From positions 44,177-108,176 of the forward strand of contig JAQGDQ010000717.1 of assembly GCA_030141605.1 (NCBI GenBank): 64,000 nucleotides of DNA. Direction: 5' to 3'. The translations under genes and the position numbers were made by a program. Source of the stretch: Tubiluchus corallicola. Its lineage: Eukaryota; Animalia; Priapulida. The notes beneath the pieces were generated by a model. That model saw only the letters and a program-made list of their open reading frames with translations, searched no databases and was not told the DNA's origin. Positions 37,494 through 49,434 of the stretch are shown piece after piece (positions within the stretch are counted from its first letter, which is position 1; each line of letters starts with the position of its first letter).

Positions 37494-39485
37494 GACTTTA
37501 CATATATGCCTATCAAGAATTCTTCTGTCATATTGTGATGTAATATGCATTGTGAGCTTAAAGATAGAGATAGACTGAAAGTAATAAAATTTAGGACCTA
37601 TTAGTAGTGATTTTAAAAAATAAAAAAATTTAAAAATTGGCAAACTCTTGATTTAGCAGACACGATCCGTCATCCTAATCATTGTCGCAGATATCTCGCA
37701 TATTGTCGCAGATGCGAGCATTTAATTTACAGTTTATTATTAATTTTGATTTGCAGTTTTAAACTTTAGTTTTTCATTACCACTAAGTCAGTGCTGACAT
37801 CTGTTTGTACACTTTGAAGTTTTCAATATATGTATGTACTTGCTACTGCTATATGTTTGTATGTAACGGGGTTACTGGGCTTCTCTTTGAATGTAGTAGT
37901 TTTTCATGCTTGGTAGCAAGATTTGAGGACAGGCAATACGCTTAAGCAGTTGTGTGGTTATAATAACGTTTTGACTCAGGTGCCATGGTATATTGGCTGA
38001 TGGATTTAATCTAACTTTTGTTTACTGCTGTTGATTATGTTTACCATTTTCGTGTAAATGTGGATTGACTATGAGACTATGATTTTGAGTAAAATACAGA
38101 TTGCAATGTTAAACCATGTTTTCATCCAGTGATTTCATCTGTTTAACACGAACATCGCAACTTCAAATACAGTCTGATAAACATACCAATATCGGTTGTT
38201 GGCTCTACCCAAACCACCCCAGCGACAACTTTAACGTCACGACAATCATTGAGTTAGCATTGAATAGACCTAAATCGGCCTGTTCTTGTTAATGGACGAT
38301 CTGATCATATACTAGAAGTACTTAGAATGAACTGGTCTAATCTTTCTAAATGACTAATAACGAAAGGAATATCTATGTTCTATTTAGGAACGCAAAAAAC
38401 TCGTAAACAAGAAAACGTTATCATTTGTAATCTGTGACGGGTGTTTTGAACCTCATGTAGCCTGTACTGATACTCAACCAGAAACGTACAGAGAAAGGTT
38501 TAATGTAAGAAATAAAGATTCTAGTGGACAGAACAGTAACGTTTAACTCTTAAAGAGTCAAGTATTAGACCTAACCGAGCAAGAAGAAAATCAGCGAAAA
38601 GTGCAATAAATACTAAATTTGCTTTTGGAAAATGAGCATTGGGGAGATCTGACCAGAAATTATTACTAGAATTAAACAGGCCAGACAGAGAATTAGAGAA
38701 AATTAATGGCTACGTAAAGATACTATCTTATAGTAATCCTTGTGCTTCACACAGCTCGGCAATGAAAGACAATTTGGGGAAAATCAATCTCTCTAGTTAG
38801 TACAAAAACAGATGGCTGCGAACTAATTTCCTGTAAAACTGTTAGTCCTGTTTCAGCCCGGATATCCGCTATAATCCAGAGTGCACGGTACTTGCAGAGA
38901 ATGTGAAATAGGGAATAGGAAAATAGAGGATAACAAACAAGGAAATAGTTAAAAAGAGAATGACTAACAGGAAACACCTAAGTGAGCTATTTCCTAGACT
39001 TTGATTCGATACAGCTGTTAAGACATCTACAAGAAAAATTCATGTGCAACTTAGGATTAAGGGAGAAGCTGATAATATTGCGGATGGTTGTAGAGAAGCA
39101 CTGGATAACTTTGTAGATAGTAAACCTTACTGGTGAAGAGAAAATAAGGCCTGCAGTTTAACATGAAGCCTGGAATTTGAAGAAACGGAAGAGATATTAG
39201 TACAATGCTACACATAAATGAAAAAATTAAGTGTAGAAAAAATATCAATTAGTTAAAATGGTTGTGTGCTAGAATAGGTCACGTGTTAAAATTTCTTACA
39301 TGCTACACAGAAAATTACTGTTACTGGCGATTTTCTCATCATTTAAGATAGTGACTCTCTGGTCTGAAATTTCAAGAATTTGAACATATTTTTTATTTTC
39401 TAGAAATCACAAAACTCCTAATTTCGTTGGATGTGAGAGCTCCGTCATGAACAATACTTGTAAATAACATGCTTAATATTTTCAG

Positions 39486-39612
39486 AATACATGCAAGGCT
39501 TGCCACAGAATCCCACACTATAATCGATGGCTAAGGTCGACAGTATCATCTGATCTGAGGGTATTTTATATTACTAAATGGATACCACTCGTCTGGGAAC
39601 CCGTGTACATAG
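39486..39612 (+). CDS. B4GAT1-like: Exon 2 of the B4GAT1-like gene (missed by the ORF track)
   Basis: tttcag| NTCKACHRIPHYNRWL...VWEPVYI-G |gtaaaa. 127 nt, phase 0 to phase 1. Contains the GT49 C..CH...W and WEP.YI motifs. Confidence 0.88.
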
Positions 39613-40199
39613 GTAAAATGTATTTATTAAAAATCAGTTTAAATGTGATTATTGATTTAATTTTCCCTAACTGGTCACGCTGTGATGAAATTTTACAATG
39701 TTTCAATAAACTGGGGCTTATGACTTCCTTCTAAATTTTGCAGAATTTAGAAGAAAATTACGTTTAGGAGATAGCAAATTTAAGGGTAAAAAGCACAATT
39801 AATCTAACCTAAGTCCAATATTATTACGTTATACATATTGCATTAGTGCAACAACGAATAAAAATAAACACGTCATGTTTTTCTAACTAAGAGAAGGCCG
39901 GTGAATTTTCAGCCTGCCTTTATTTTATTTCATTTTTTTATTTCACGTTGTTTCTGTAACTTAACAATTACCAATAGAACGATGAACACATTCTATTTAA
40001 AAATCACTATTTAAAACTATAAGACAAATAAAATAAATATTTACATAAAGAACAGAGATTTAGAAAGCTAAATATTTAGTTAGCTAGTTAGTTAGTAATT
40101 TGTTAGTTAGATAGTAAGTGTATATTCCCAAAAGACAAACGTTTTCGAAGTTAAAATGACATGAGTATTAAGAAAATATATAAGACAGTGTGTGACTTC

Positions 40200-42016
40200 A
40201 TTATTTGTATCTCGCGGGAAATGCCATGGAGCTGCACCTACGCCTCTCTCGGTGAAAAAATTGAACTAGAGCATATCTGTTGATGACGTATCAGAATGTA
40301 CGCGCAGCTTGTTGTGATTCTGTGGTGCACAACTGGGCTGAAAATAAAGCTGTTATTACTACTCTACAGTATTTGACCTTGGGAGGGATAGGTAGTCAGC
40401 TGATAGAAACGATTGTCGTTGCACGTGTTTTCACGTGTTTTCATATATTTTCAATTCTATATATTTTACTTCCGTCGAAAGTTATGGGTCCATTATAGTA
40501 TATTCTAATAGATTTGTAAACAACATTGCGCAAAGTTAGACTGGCCTACAGCATATTGTGAAAATTCTTGTGGCATTAATTAAAAACATCGTCAGTAATA
40601 CAAGCTGCAAAAGTGTGGGCCTTGGTAAGTTACAAAAGTTCTTTTCTTGTAAAACAAGTCCGCTAAAGTAACTTCATTCTGCTAGAAGAATTAATGAATT
40701 TGTAAACACAGAGAAACTCACTGAAGCATAATTATAATACCAGTGTGGCAATTTTTAGCGACAGCTTCATTTTATCAGCCTTGCGATATGTGAACCATGG
40801 ACACTCATGGATACAGAGACTCTAACATATTAGCTGTAAAATTAGTGAATAAACATATATGAAAATTTTTAACTTTGTCGTGTTTCAGACAGTTAAATTA
40901 GTACGACTTTGATATCAACCAGAACTGTTATTCGTTAGCTTTCATTTTTACATAATAATAAAATATTGTGTTCATTTTTACACTGGACTGAAATAAAAAT
41001 TAATGATAATAATACATTTATTGTTAACATATTATTATCCACTTTTATAAAATAAAAAACTAACAATATAATGTGGTTCAGTGACATAATAATTATATAA
41101 TGTGTTGTTTCAGGCAAGGTTATACTGACACTCATTCTGTTACAAAGCTTTAAAAAAGTACATATAGTACAAAATAATCTATTACATACTCTTTGTGCTA
41201 CACAATTTAGCAAATATACTGAAGTCATTGTTTATGGTGTAAGGATTAACAATTTGCAGTTATCAAATTACGATTTGCGAAGTTTTTTCTTTAGTAAATA
41301 TTCGAAATTCAAGAAGAAGCATCATAAATACAATTTTAGCGCTAAAAATTGCATTACGTCACGTCATTGTGATATTTTTATTGAAATGGATACAAATCTC
41401 GAGATGACTAAACTGCGTCGATAAACTATGCACTTGGGCTAAAAACGAAAGTTGAAAAAGACACTGCCAAAAACTGCATCTGTCTAAATCTGTCCGATGT
41501 GTAAGCACAATATTTTTAAAACTAGAGTTCATCATGTTCTAAACTCACGTTTTAAAGCAAACAGCCGAGAAATTATCACACAGGTTGTAGGAGTGAATCC
41601 AGGTTTTTAGATTGATTCGTTGCTTCAGTAATTTTCTGTTGCTCATTCGTCTGACTGCTGCATCCCGTCTAATTGCTGAATCCTAGTGTAACACATTCCA
41701 TGGCTGTTTTTCAATTAGAAGAGTCACGATGACCGAAACCTGGGAAATCGCACAGTGTTGTGGGTATTCGTTCTCCCATTGTGCGTTTTGCCAAGTTTCA
41801 TCTGTAGTACGGCTATTTCCCCAGCAGAGGCGCGGTCGCAGGTCCTTGAGTAATGGCGGCCTAGTCAAATGCTCGTTTTGCGTACAATTTTATTAGAACT
41901 TTTGCCAAGGATTGTTAAACAAGAAATTGTTGTGAAGAATGACGTACGTATTTGTATTCGCAATATAATCGCGAGTTATTTAAGCTCAACTTAATTTTGG
42001 TGATATTCCCTCTTAA
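40200..42016 (+). mobile_element. Kolobok-like DNA transposon remnant in intron 2
   Basis: 40210-40770 is similar to 3860-4250. Right terminus ...ttaattttggtgatattccctc|TTAA. Minus-strand fragments NFSAVCF, KYCAY, PKCIV and RDLYP (41385-41580) recall the KolX/P2X7-tail-like second gene. Confidence 0.45.
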
Positions 42017-43604
42017 ACGCATTACGGTAAGATTGTTGGAGTTCATTTATAAACACATCTTTACTAAAGTTGTTCTGAGATGGAAAATGACAACGCAGTC
42101 ACAAAAAACAATCATTTAAAGAAATTTCAAACCATAAAATGCATAAACATTTATATATTAGGAGATCATCAAGTTGTCTGACTTTGATAGAATAGGCAAA
42201 GCAAAGCATAAACACTCCCCACCTAAACCATTTCCATTCCTCCCTAGAATCACATGGAAACCTGTCATGAATATTTGATTGCTTGAAACAGCTGGACTGT
42301 TATCATCGTTATTGTCGGAGATCATTAATTTTAATTCTTTTGGTTTAAGGTTTTCACTATTATCATCAATAAAAACGATGCAATACAATAACAACACAAG
42401 GTCCTGCGTGTGTGGATGTACATCCATTGATAAATTTATAATTAAGGCAATTACTGTTCTTGTGAAACATTTACAATACAATAATATGAGAAAGGGGTGG
42501 ATCAGTAATAACTAAATCGTGAGTTGCACAAAATATTTTGTGACATTTTACAAATATTAGTGTTCAGCAAACCTGTAGTTATGTTACCGTCAAATATACT
42601 GGCATATTAAAATATGTAAGTTACAACATTAATTAATATTAACAACCAAGTCAGGACCAATTCGGCCAATTTGGATCACCACTTTTCACCACATTATGAT
42701 CACAAGAGCTATGGACTCGCAGGTTTCTATGTCCAAGAATTTTGTCTCTCAGTTTCATCAATGACCACGTATTCTTTCCACACTACTAAACGAATCGCCA
42801 TCACGCATGATGGGATCCCGTGTCGTGGTTGATATTGAAGGCTGAACTGTTTGAAACGTTATTGCTGCAATTCAACTTTATTATTGCAACAGAGCAGTTA
42901 TCAATCTGTTCAAGTTTTCAGCTGATACATGAAGTTGTTTGGCAATTACAAGGACTGCTGAAGTATCACAAGTTTTGTTGCTGCAATGTAGTTTTGTCCA
43001 ATGTAAGACGTCCGACTCAGAAGAGGAGGCTGTGTAGCAGATGCATATTTTTACCTATACACCTATAATACTTCCTTCAAGGATTTAAAGTTTGTACAAA
43101 TTGGCGTACTGACCATAACGTGTCTCAAGAAAGTTCACTTCATTTTTTGCAAGATTGTTTTAGTCAAATTTGGCTTTCTTTTACTTCCAGAACTTATTTT
43201 TTGTAATCTCTCCTACACTAAAGCCTTCAGCAGCCTAAGCCAAGTGCCAGATATAGGTTGGTCATCACTTGAGCAGTTGGTCAATGCGTTCATAGGTTAA
43301 TAAATTGTTGATGTTCGGAAGCACATATTGCTATAGAATTTCCTGCTGATCATGTCCACTCTTATATTTCCAACACTATTCCCTTTTTTCGGTTCCAGGA
43401 TTACAGGAAAGGGGTTACATAGCTATGAGTAACCAAAATTTCCTATTTGTTCTATTTTTACATTGAACTAGTTAAATATTGTTCTAGCCTTAGTGTCTCA
43501 TTATTAAATTGTACCTGGTCTATTTGGCTGAAGTTATTTGATTCGATATTTAGTGCTCTTGTTCGTAGTATTTTACTGCAGCTAGTAATTACACTTTTTT
43601 GTAG

Positions 43605-43912
43605 GAAGAAATGAAGAACCAATGCATGACGAAAGATTTCGTGGGAATGGCTACGACAAAATACAGCATTTTGTAGAGATGTGTTTTCAAGACTTTGAGT
43701 TTCACGTGCTTGATAATACATTCCTTGTGCATAAAGGCATCTGGCCAGATAAAATTTCATATAATTTTAAATACAACAAAACAATTAACGAAAACAAACC
43801 AATTTTTGATCAATTTATGCAGGAAATGATTGTGAGTTACAAGTCGACAGGCCACCAAAAACGCTGCACGATACCATCAAACAAGAACAGAAGAGGCCAC
43901 TTTGTAAATTGA
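43605..43912 (+). CDS. B4GAT1-like: Exon 3 (terminal) of the B4GAT1-like gene
   Basis: ttttttgtag| phase 1. GRNEEPMHDERFRGNGYDKIQHFVEMCFQDFEFHVLDNTFLVHKG matches the GT49 C-terminal motif. Spliced CDS is 891+127+308 = 1326 nt, 441 aa. AATAAA at 44036. Confidence 0.9.
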
Positions 43913-44791
43913 TCAATATTGATTTGATGGTGTTAAACGTGAAAGAAGTCGGACAATTCATTAGCTCTCATCAACGTATCTATTTTGTCTAGTTTACTGT
44001 TAGTCTTTTGTTGCACCTGGTTGAGATTACAACCAAATAAAAGAATAAGCTCGTGTCATGTCAAAACAATCGGACTTGAACAGCTAGGCAAACACTGACG
44101 TAAATTAAGAAAAATGAAGACCTTTGAAAAACTACACATCTTATGTTAGTGATATCCGAGTGTGTACTACTTATGCAGTTAAATTGTATGTGATTGGTAA
44201 GATATGTTTTTAGTTGTTCCTGTAGTGCCAAAATGTTCAAGTCTGTTTAATAGTAATTGATACTGTAATGTATCAAATGCCTTTGACGTTGGATTGGCTG
44301 GGTTAAGACATGATAATTGACAAGCAATTTTGCAAAGTTCTCGCGAACTGAGGAAAAAAATTCTAAAAGTGACTGGTTTTTAGCTTTGTATCTGTCACGC
44401 TGTTTTCTCCCATGCTAATTTTGGTTGAAGTAATAACAACTTTCTTTGGTAAAACGTCATTGCAAATAATGTCTGATCAGTGGAGAAATTGTGCATCTTT
44501 TGCACAAAAATTTGCAGAGCAGCAGTTTCTTTCGCGAAATTAAAATTTAAAGTAGACGAAAAATAATTTTATAATTGAAGCAGAATATAGTGACATGGTT
44601 TCAAAAAACTTGAAAACATCATTGACTTGAGTGTCTATTCACGTCGTTATTGTAAAGGAAAAAACCAGTAAGCCTAGTTCTAAGACCAATGGGCAACAAA
44701 AATATTAACTAAAGCCTCTGTTGGCTAAAACATATGAAAATATCACAGCTGCATTTAACTGATCCTGTAGTCGGCTGCAACCATTTATCCA

Positions 44792-45907
44792 TTACGACTA
44801 TTCTCCCTGCCATCGAATATGGTAACGTAGTATGGCCAGGATGCAGTGAAAACAATATACGTTTGTTAGAAAATATTCAGCTAACTGCTGCTAGAATCTG
44901 TTCTGGCGCCATGTTTCGATCTTCCCTGCAAGTATCTTGTCTGATAGCGGCTTCACTAAAATAGTGACGAGCTTCCATTATCATCGCCTATGTCTTTTTT
45001 TCAAAATAATCAATGACTTAGTGCTCCCCAATATTTAAGTGCAATTCTGCCGCCAATGGTTAACGAAGTTACCCCCTATTATATACGCAGTGGTACTAAC
45101 TACAGAAATTTTAATTACCGTTCTGTTAGCTGTGAAAAATCGTTTTTCATATCGACCATTAACATGTGGAACAACTTGCCACAGAACATTCGTGAAATTA
45201 CATCCATTTCACAATTCAAACAATAGCTCAAATCTCATTTAAGTTTTTCCATTGAGTAAGAAACATTTTTCATTTGCTAAACCTCCAATATAAGTGCATC
45301 ATACGCGCATGAGAATCAGATTTTCTAGGCTAAACTATGACCTTTTCTCTAAAGGCTGTAAAGATAATAACGGTCATCCAATATTGCCGAATTGTAACTG
45401 TGGATTTCGATTTGAGTCTTTTGAACACTTTTTGTTGCACTGCCCATTGTATCAACTAGGTAAGGTAGTTATGTTTTTTAAATTAAATGCAATACTTCTG
45501 CCCGAAAACCTTAACATAGCTGCCTTAGGAAATAATGATCTGTTGAAGTTGTTATTAAGAGTTATTAAAAGATGAATTTAACTACGTTGCTAACTGTAAA
45601 ATATTCCCACGTATACATGACTTTATATGGCGTACTAAACGCTTCCAGTTGTTTCTATCTGATATAAAATGCATCATTCTTAAATAATCGTACATTAATA
45701 TTTTCTAACCGTCATTTTCTACTAATGTCTAATGTATCACTGTAGTAAAAATTTTGCATACCAAAGTATACTAAAAACTAAGTATAGTCTATTCTTACTG
45801 TAAATGTTCTTGTAAATGGTGTATAAAGTCTGTTGTGGTGAGGATACTAAATCATGTTGTACAAACTGTCCGATCCAATCCTAAATAAATTATGTTTAAA
45901 CTAAACT
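44792..45907 (+). mobile_element. 5'-truncated CR1-group LINE with 13-bp target-site duplication
   Basis: ILPAIEYGNVVWPGC..LENIQLTAARICSGA and HTRMR..SRLNYDLF..CNCGFRFESFEHFLLHCPLY. Tail aataaattatgtttaaactaaact. TSD AACCATTTATCCA at 44779-44791 and 45908-45920. Confidence 0.9.
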
Positions 45908-46498
45908 AACCATTTATCCACTTTTTGCATCTTTTCAACCATTTATTGGGCCAAGGAAATGGCAGAAAGTTTACTGGTTTTTTATGCATCTTTGTATTGT
46001 GTGAAAGACAACACAACTAACAAGAATGAGTTTATAACACAGCAAGTAACTGCTTAGCATGTTATAATGTTAAATCTGCATGTTTAGCAGATTTAAAATA
46101 GCAGAAATTTTTCACATCCGCATATCTCTTTAGCGGGTACAGACTGCTAAGAAAGAAAAATTATAGCAAAATTATCAGCTTGAACAGTAAACACTTTAGA
46201 ACAGTTCGCCATTAGCATTTCGCGCTCTGCGCTAAGCGGCGCACGTGGAAAACAAGAAACGGAAGCAAACTAAAACGGAACAAACGAAACAAGAAGTGAC
46301 GACTTTTAACGTCAACCTATCCACTTTTGCCCGATGAATCCAGTGGACGTTTATCAGTCCTTGATAGAAAATGACACGTCAATCTTGCCAAAGAGCTGGT
46401 GGCACTACAATGCGACAGCTACGAGCACGTTTTAGCTCACTGCCAGAACAAGCATCTGGCTCACGAGGCGAAGGTTCTGTGGGTGCTTGAAATCAAAC

Positions 46499-46795
46499 TC
46501 AACATGAGATGACGGTACATCTTTTACAGTATGCACATTCCAATTGGTAGAGGACAGACAAGGGTTTATGGTTTAGACGACCTTTGACCTGAATCGAAGC
46601 AGCATGTACATGACCATCATTGCCACGAATCAGCTCCTTAATAATAACAAGTGGCCATCGACGATGAGGCAAAAGTTTCTCCTGGGCCACTACTGTGTCA
46701 CCTGGAAAGACAACTTACTGAACTGAAGACCTCCAATTACGAAGTGTCTTGAGGCATTTGGAACTCCAGTGGTTCCAATGATCCATGATTCTCAC
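46499..46795 (-). pseudogene. BEL/Pao retrotransposon integrase C-terminal fragment
   Basis: DHWNHWSSKCLKTLR...PGDTVV...LPHRRWPLVIIKELIRGNDGHVHAA...KPLSVLYQLE matches the Pao pattern W..W...YL..LR / WPLG.I....G.DG.VR / RP...L.PLE. Confidence 0.8.
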
Positions 46796-47074
46796 TAACT
46801 TATAAATATCAACGGCTGACCAGCCAAACCTGCCTGTATTAGGATGTTATAGATTGCCAGTATGAAATCTGATTTATTATTTGCATCATCTTCAGAGATG
46901 CCACTTGACTTATTCTGAAACATTCGTAAAATAAAATAAAAATTATAACAGTAAAAAAATAGTGTATAATAAATATGCATTCATATGTGACGTGTGACGT
47001 GTATATACAATACATATATATTCCTATAAGTTATAACTTCAAGTTCTTATTGAATTACTCTACTACTGTTTGAC

Positions 47075-47490
47075 TAGCAAAACCCGCAAAAAAATTGCGC
47101 GTAAACCCACCATGACAAACCATGCCTGCAGATTCTTTGGTGCAGTGGGTGGTGTGCTGAGGCTGTGCTGTGGATGCTGTTTTGAAATGTTAGGGTGTGT
47201 GAATGTAGTGTTGATATAGTGGTGTGTTGGGTGTGGTGTAGTGTGGTCTGGGTGATGTAGTGTGATATTGATGGTGTGATGTGAGTAATGTGGTGTGGGT
47301 GGATTTGGCGTGGTATGGTGAGGATGGTGTAGTGTGGTGTTGTGGTATGGTGTGTATGGTGTGATGTGTTGTGGTATGATGTGGGTGTTGTGTTGTGAGT
47401 GGTGTGGCTGGTTGGTGGGGTGTGGTGTGGTGTGGGTGGTGTGGTGTTGGTGGGATGTTGTTTGCACAAAATTCTTTTTGCGGTTTTAGG
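47075..47490. repeat. Degenerate (TG/TGG)-rich tract, related to 34300-34560
   Basis: Shared motifs such as ggtggatttg.cgtgg..tggtg.gg.tggt. Imperfect inverted ends aaaacccgcaaaaa / tttttgcggtttt. Confidence 0.7.
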
Positions 47491-48726
47491 CTGGTCTATA
47501 ATTATTATTGATGCACCAATGCATAATTTGAAGCCTGTGTCTACTCATTCATTCACACGTTCTTGTAAATAGGCTTGTCACTATATTTCCATGTATGAAG
47601 ACGTATGAAGTAAGACGTATCGAAAGCTAAACATCTAAATTAAATTAATGTTGAAATCTAACTGCTGTGCGTGTGTGCTTTTGTTACCGCATACCAGATA
47701 TGTTTTCTGATAATATATCTCATATAGATGACAAAATAAACACAATAATGAAAAAGCAGCGTATGTAGCGACACCATGCATTAGAATTGATGGTTATTCT
47801 AGCTGACAGCTTGTTCTACAGTTCCGTTTCCTTAGCATTGGTCCTCAGTTCATCATACAGAGATAAAGATGAAATCTGTTGTTTCGTCCATTACGATCTC
47901 AGGAATAGATGCAGTTTTTACTGCTTATAACACAGCTTCTTCTCCTCATCCTTCACTGATAAGATTTAAGTCATCTGATTATTTTATCGTTGATAATATC
48001 CACTCACGTAAGCCGAGTAATGTGTAATCCACCATTATAACCCTGCATCCTAAATCATCAAGCTACTGTTGTCAGAAAAAACGCTTTTATTGGAACATTT
48101 GATTTTTTAAATATTACGCCTAGAATAAGTAATAAGTAAAAAACTATATCAACAATTATTTGCATTTAATTGATGAACATACACAATATAACGTATCGAT
48201 AAATATCAATAAATTCATTGAAATGTTATGATCCAACTTTTGACAGGATTGCTAACGATATAAATAAAGAAATATTATACTGTGACTGTTTAATAAGAAG
48301 TGAAATTAAGAGTTAGACCCGGACGTGGTGACTATGTACCCATACAGTTTTCTGGAAATTAGTGCTAGTGTAATTCTCTTATGCATTACTAATTACATTA
48401 ATATTATAACAATTAATAGTGATAGCAGTTTCTTGAATACTTTGAAAGTATTTTATAAATAAAGGATCCTCGACCAGAATAGGGTAATATCGTTTTTTAA
48501 ATGAAAGCATAGGATACTGTTACCTGTAAAAAGACTTTGTTGATGTTTATTTGAGCATTTATAGATAACGTAGCATGTTTACGCTTTTAATTATTTTGCA
48601 TGGAAATTCACTACATGAAGAATACTTAACAAAAATTATTGCAAAAACTGACGCATCTAATCTGTGGTTATGTGTATGCAAAAGTTTGCATTTAAACATT
48701 TAGAAGTGTTTCAATGTGTGCGTAAT

Positions 48727-49196
48727 GCGTGATCCGTATTCATTCGAACGTGATCGCTGTCGTCCGAATACGCATCACGCCAATATGCAAATGAGAAACC
48801 ACCGCTGATTAGGTGAGCGAGTTTTCAAGTTTGAGATGAAAATTTTCGTTGTTTAGTTTTCTGAGATTCTAGTTAGGCGAGTCTTGGACACCTTAGCACC
48901 TATAAACAATAATGTATTTTCTATTTTAATTTTTGAGAGACAGAAGAAGCAAGAAGCAAGTATGTGTTGAGCATCTAACTGCTGTTCACTAATGGATGAT
49001 ACCTGCCATATTTTTCTCTCTCCTGCAAAATGTTGTGCACCCAAAAACTGTGCTTTCTTTAGATGTCTGTTCGTCTAATAGCACAGTAGTAAATTAATGT
49101 GCAGCTGTATTTATCACGCTTAAATTTCGACAGAGACATGGCTTCCAAAGTTACCGCTTGTAACTTTCACGAATAGCGACCAAAAATGGCGGAAAG
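48727..49196 (+). promoter_or_regulatory. Possible promoter region of the downstream glycosyltransferase
   Basis: 15-bp inverted repeat at 48727-48780, then CCAAT and octamer ATGCAAAT (48785), and a YY1-like AAAATGGCGG (~49182). Motif match only. Confidence 0.25.
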
Positions 49197-49434
49197 AGTG
49201 CTGAAGGTTTTGTTAATACCCACAGCGTTTACGGACACATTGAGTTGTACTTGCCAACGCCATGACCGATCTGCTCTTCCACATCTAAGGCCTGTGTTTT
49301 TCTAAGTCTAAAAGGAATGGTCAATACTTTCTTGTTGCTTTAGTTTACCCGACTATAACGTTCTTGTACCTGTTTAAAGAAATAGAAAATATCAGTTGTC
49401 AGTAAGTGTTGTGCGCGTAAGTAACGACCAGAAA

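Noticed and set aside
36305-37495. 396-aa ORF as the complete protein
   Set aside because: It starts at a non-ATG codon and reads through the gtaagt donor at 37319 into intronic (CT)n. The spliced model restores the missing GT49 motifs.
38000-39000. Additional LINE fragments in intron 1
   Set aside because: Only faint hints (e.g. an IITRIKQAR-like stretch near 38650). Too decayed to delimit or classify.
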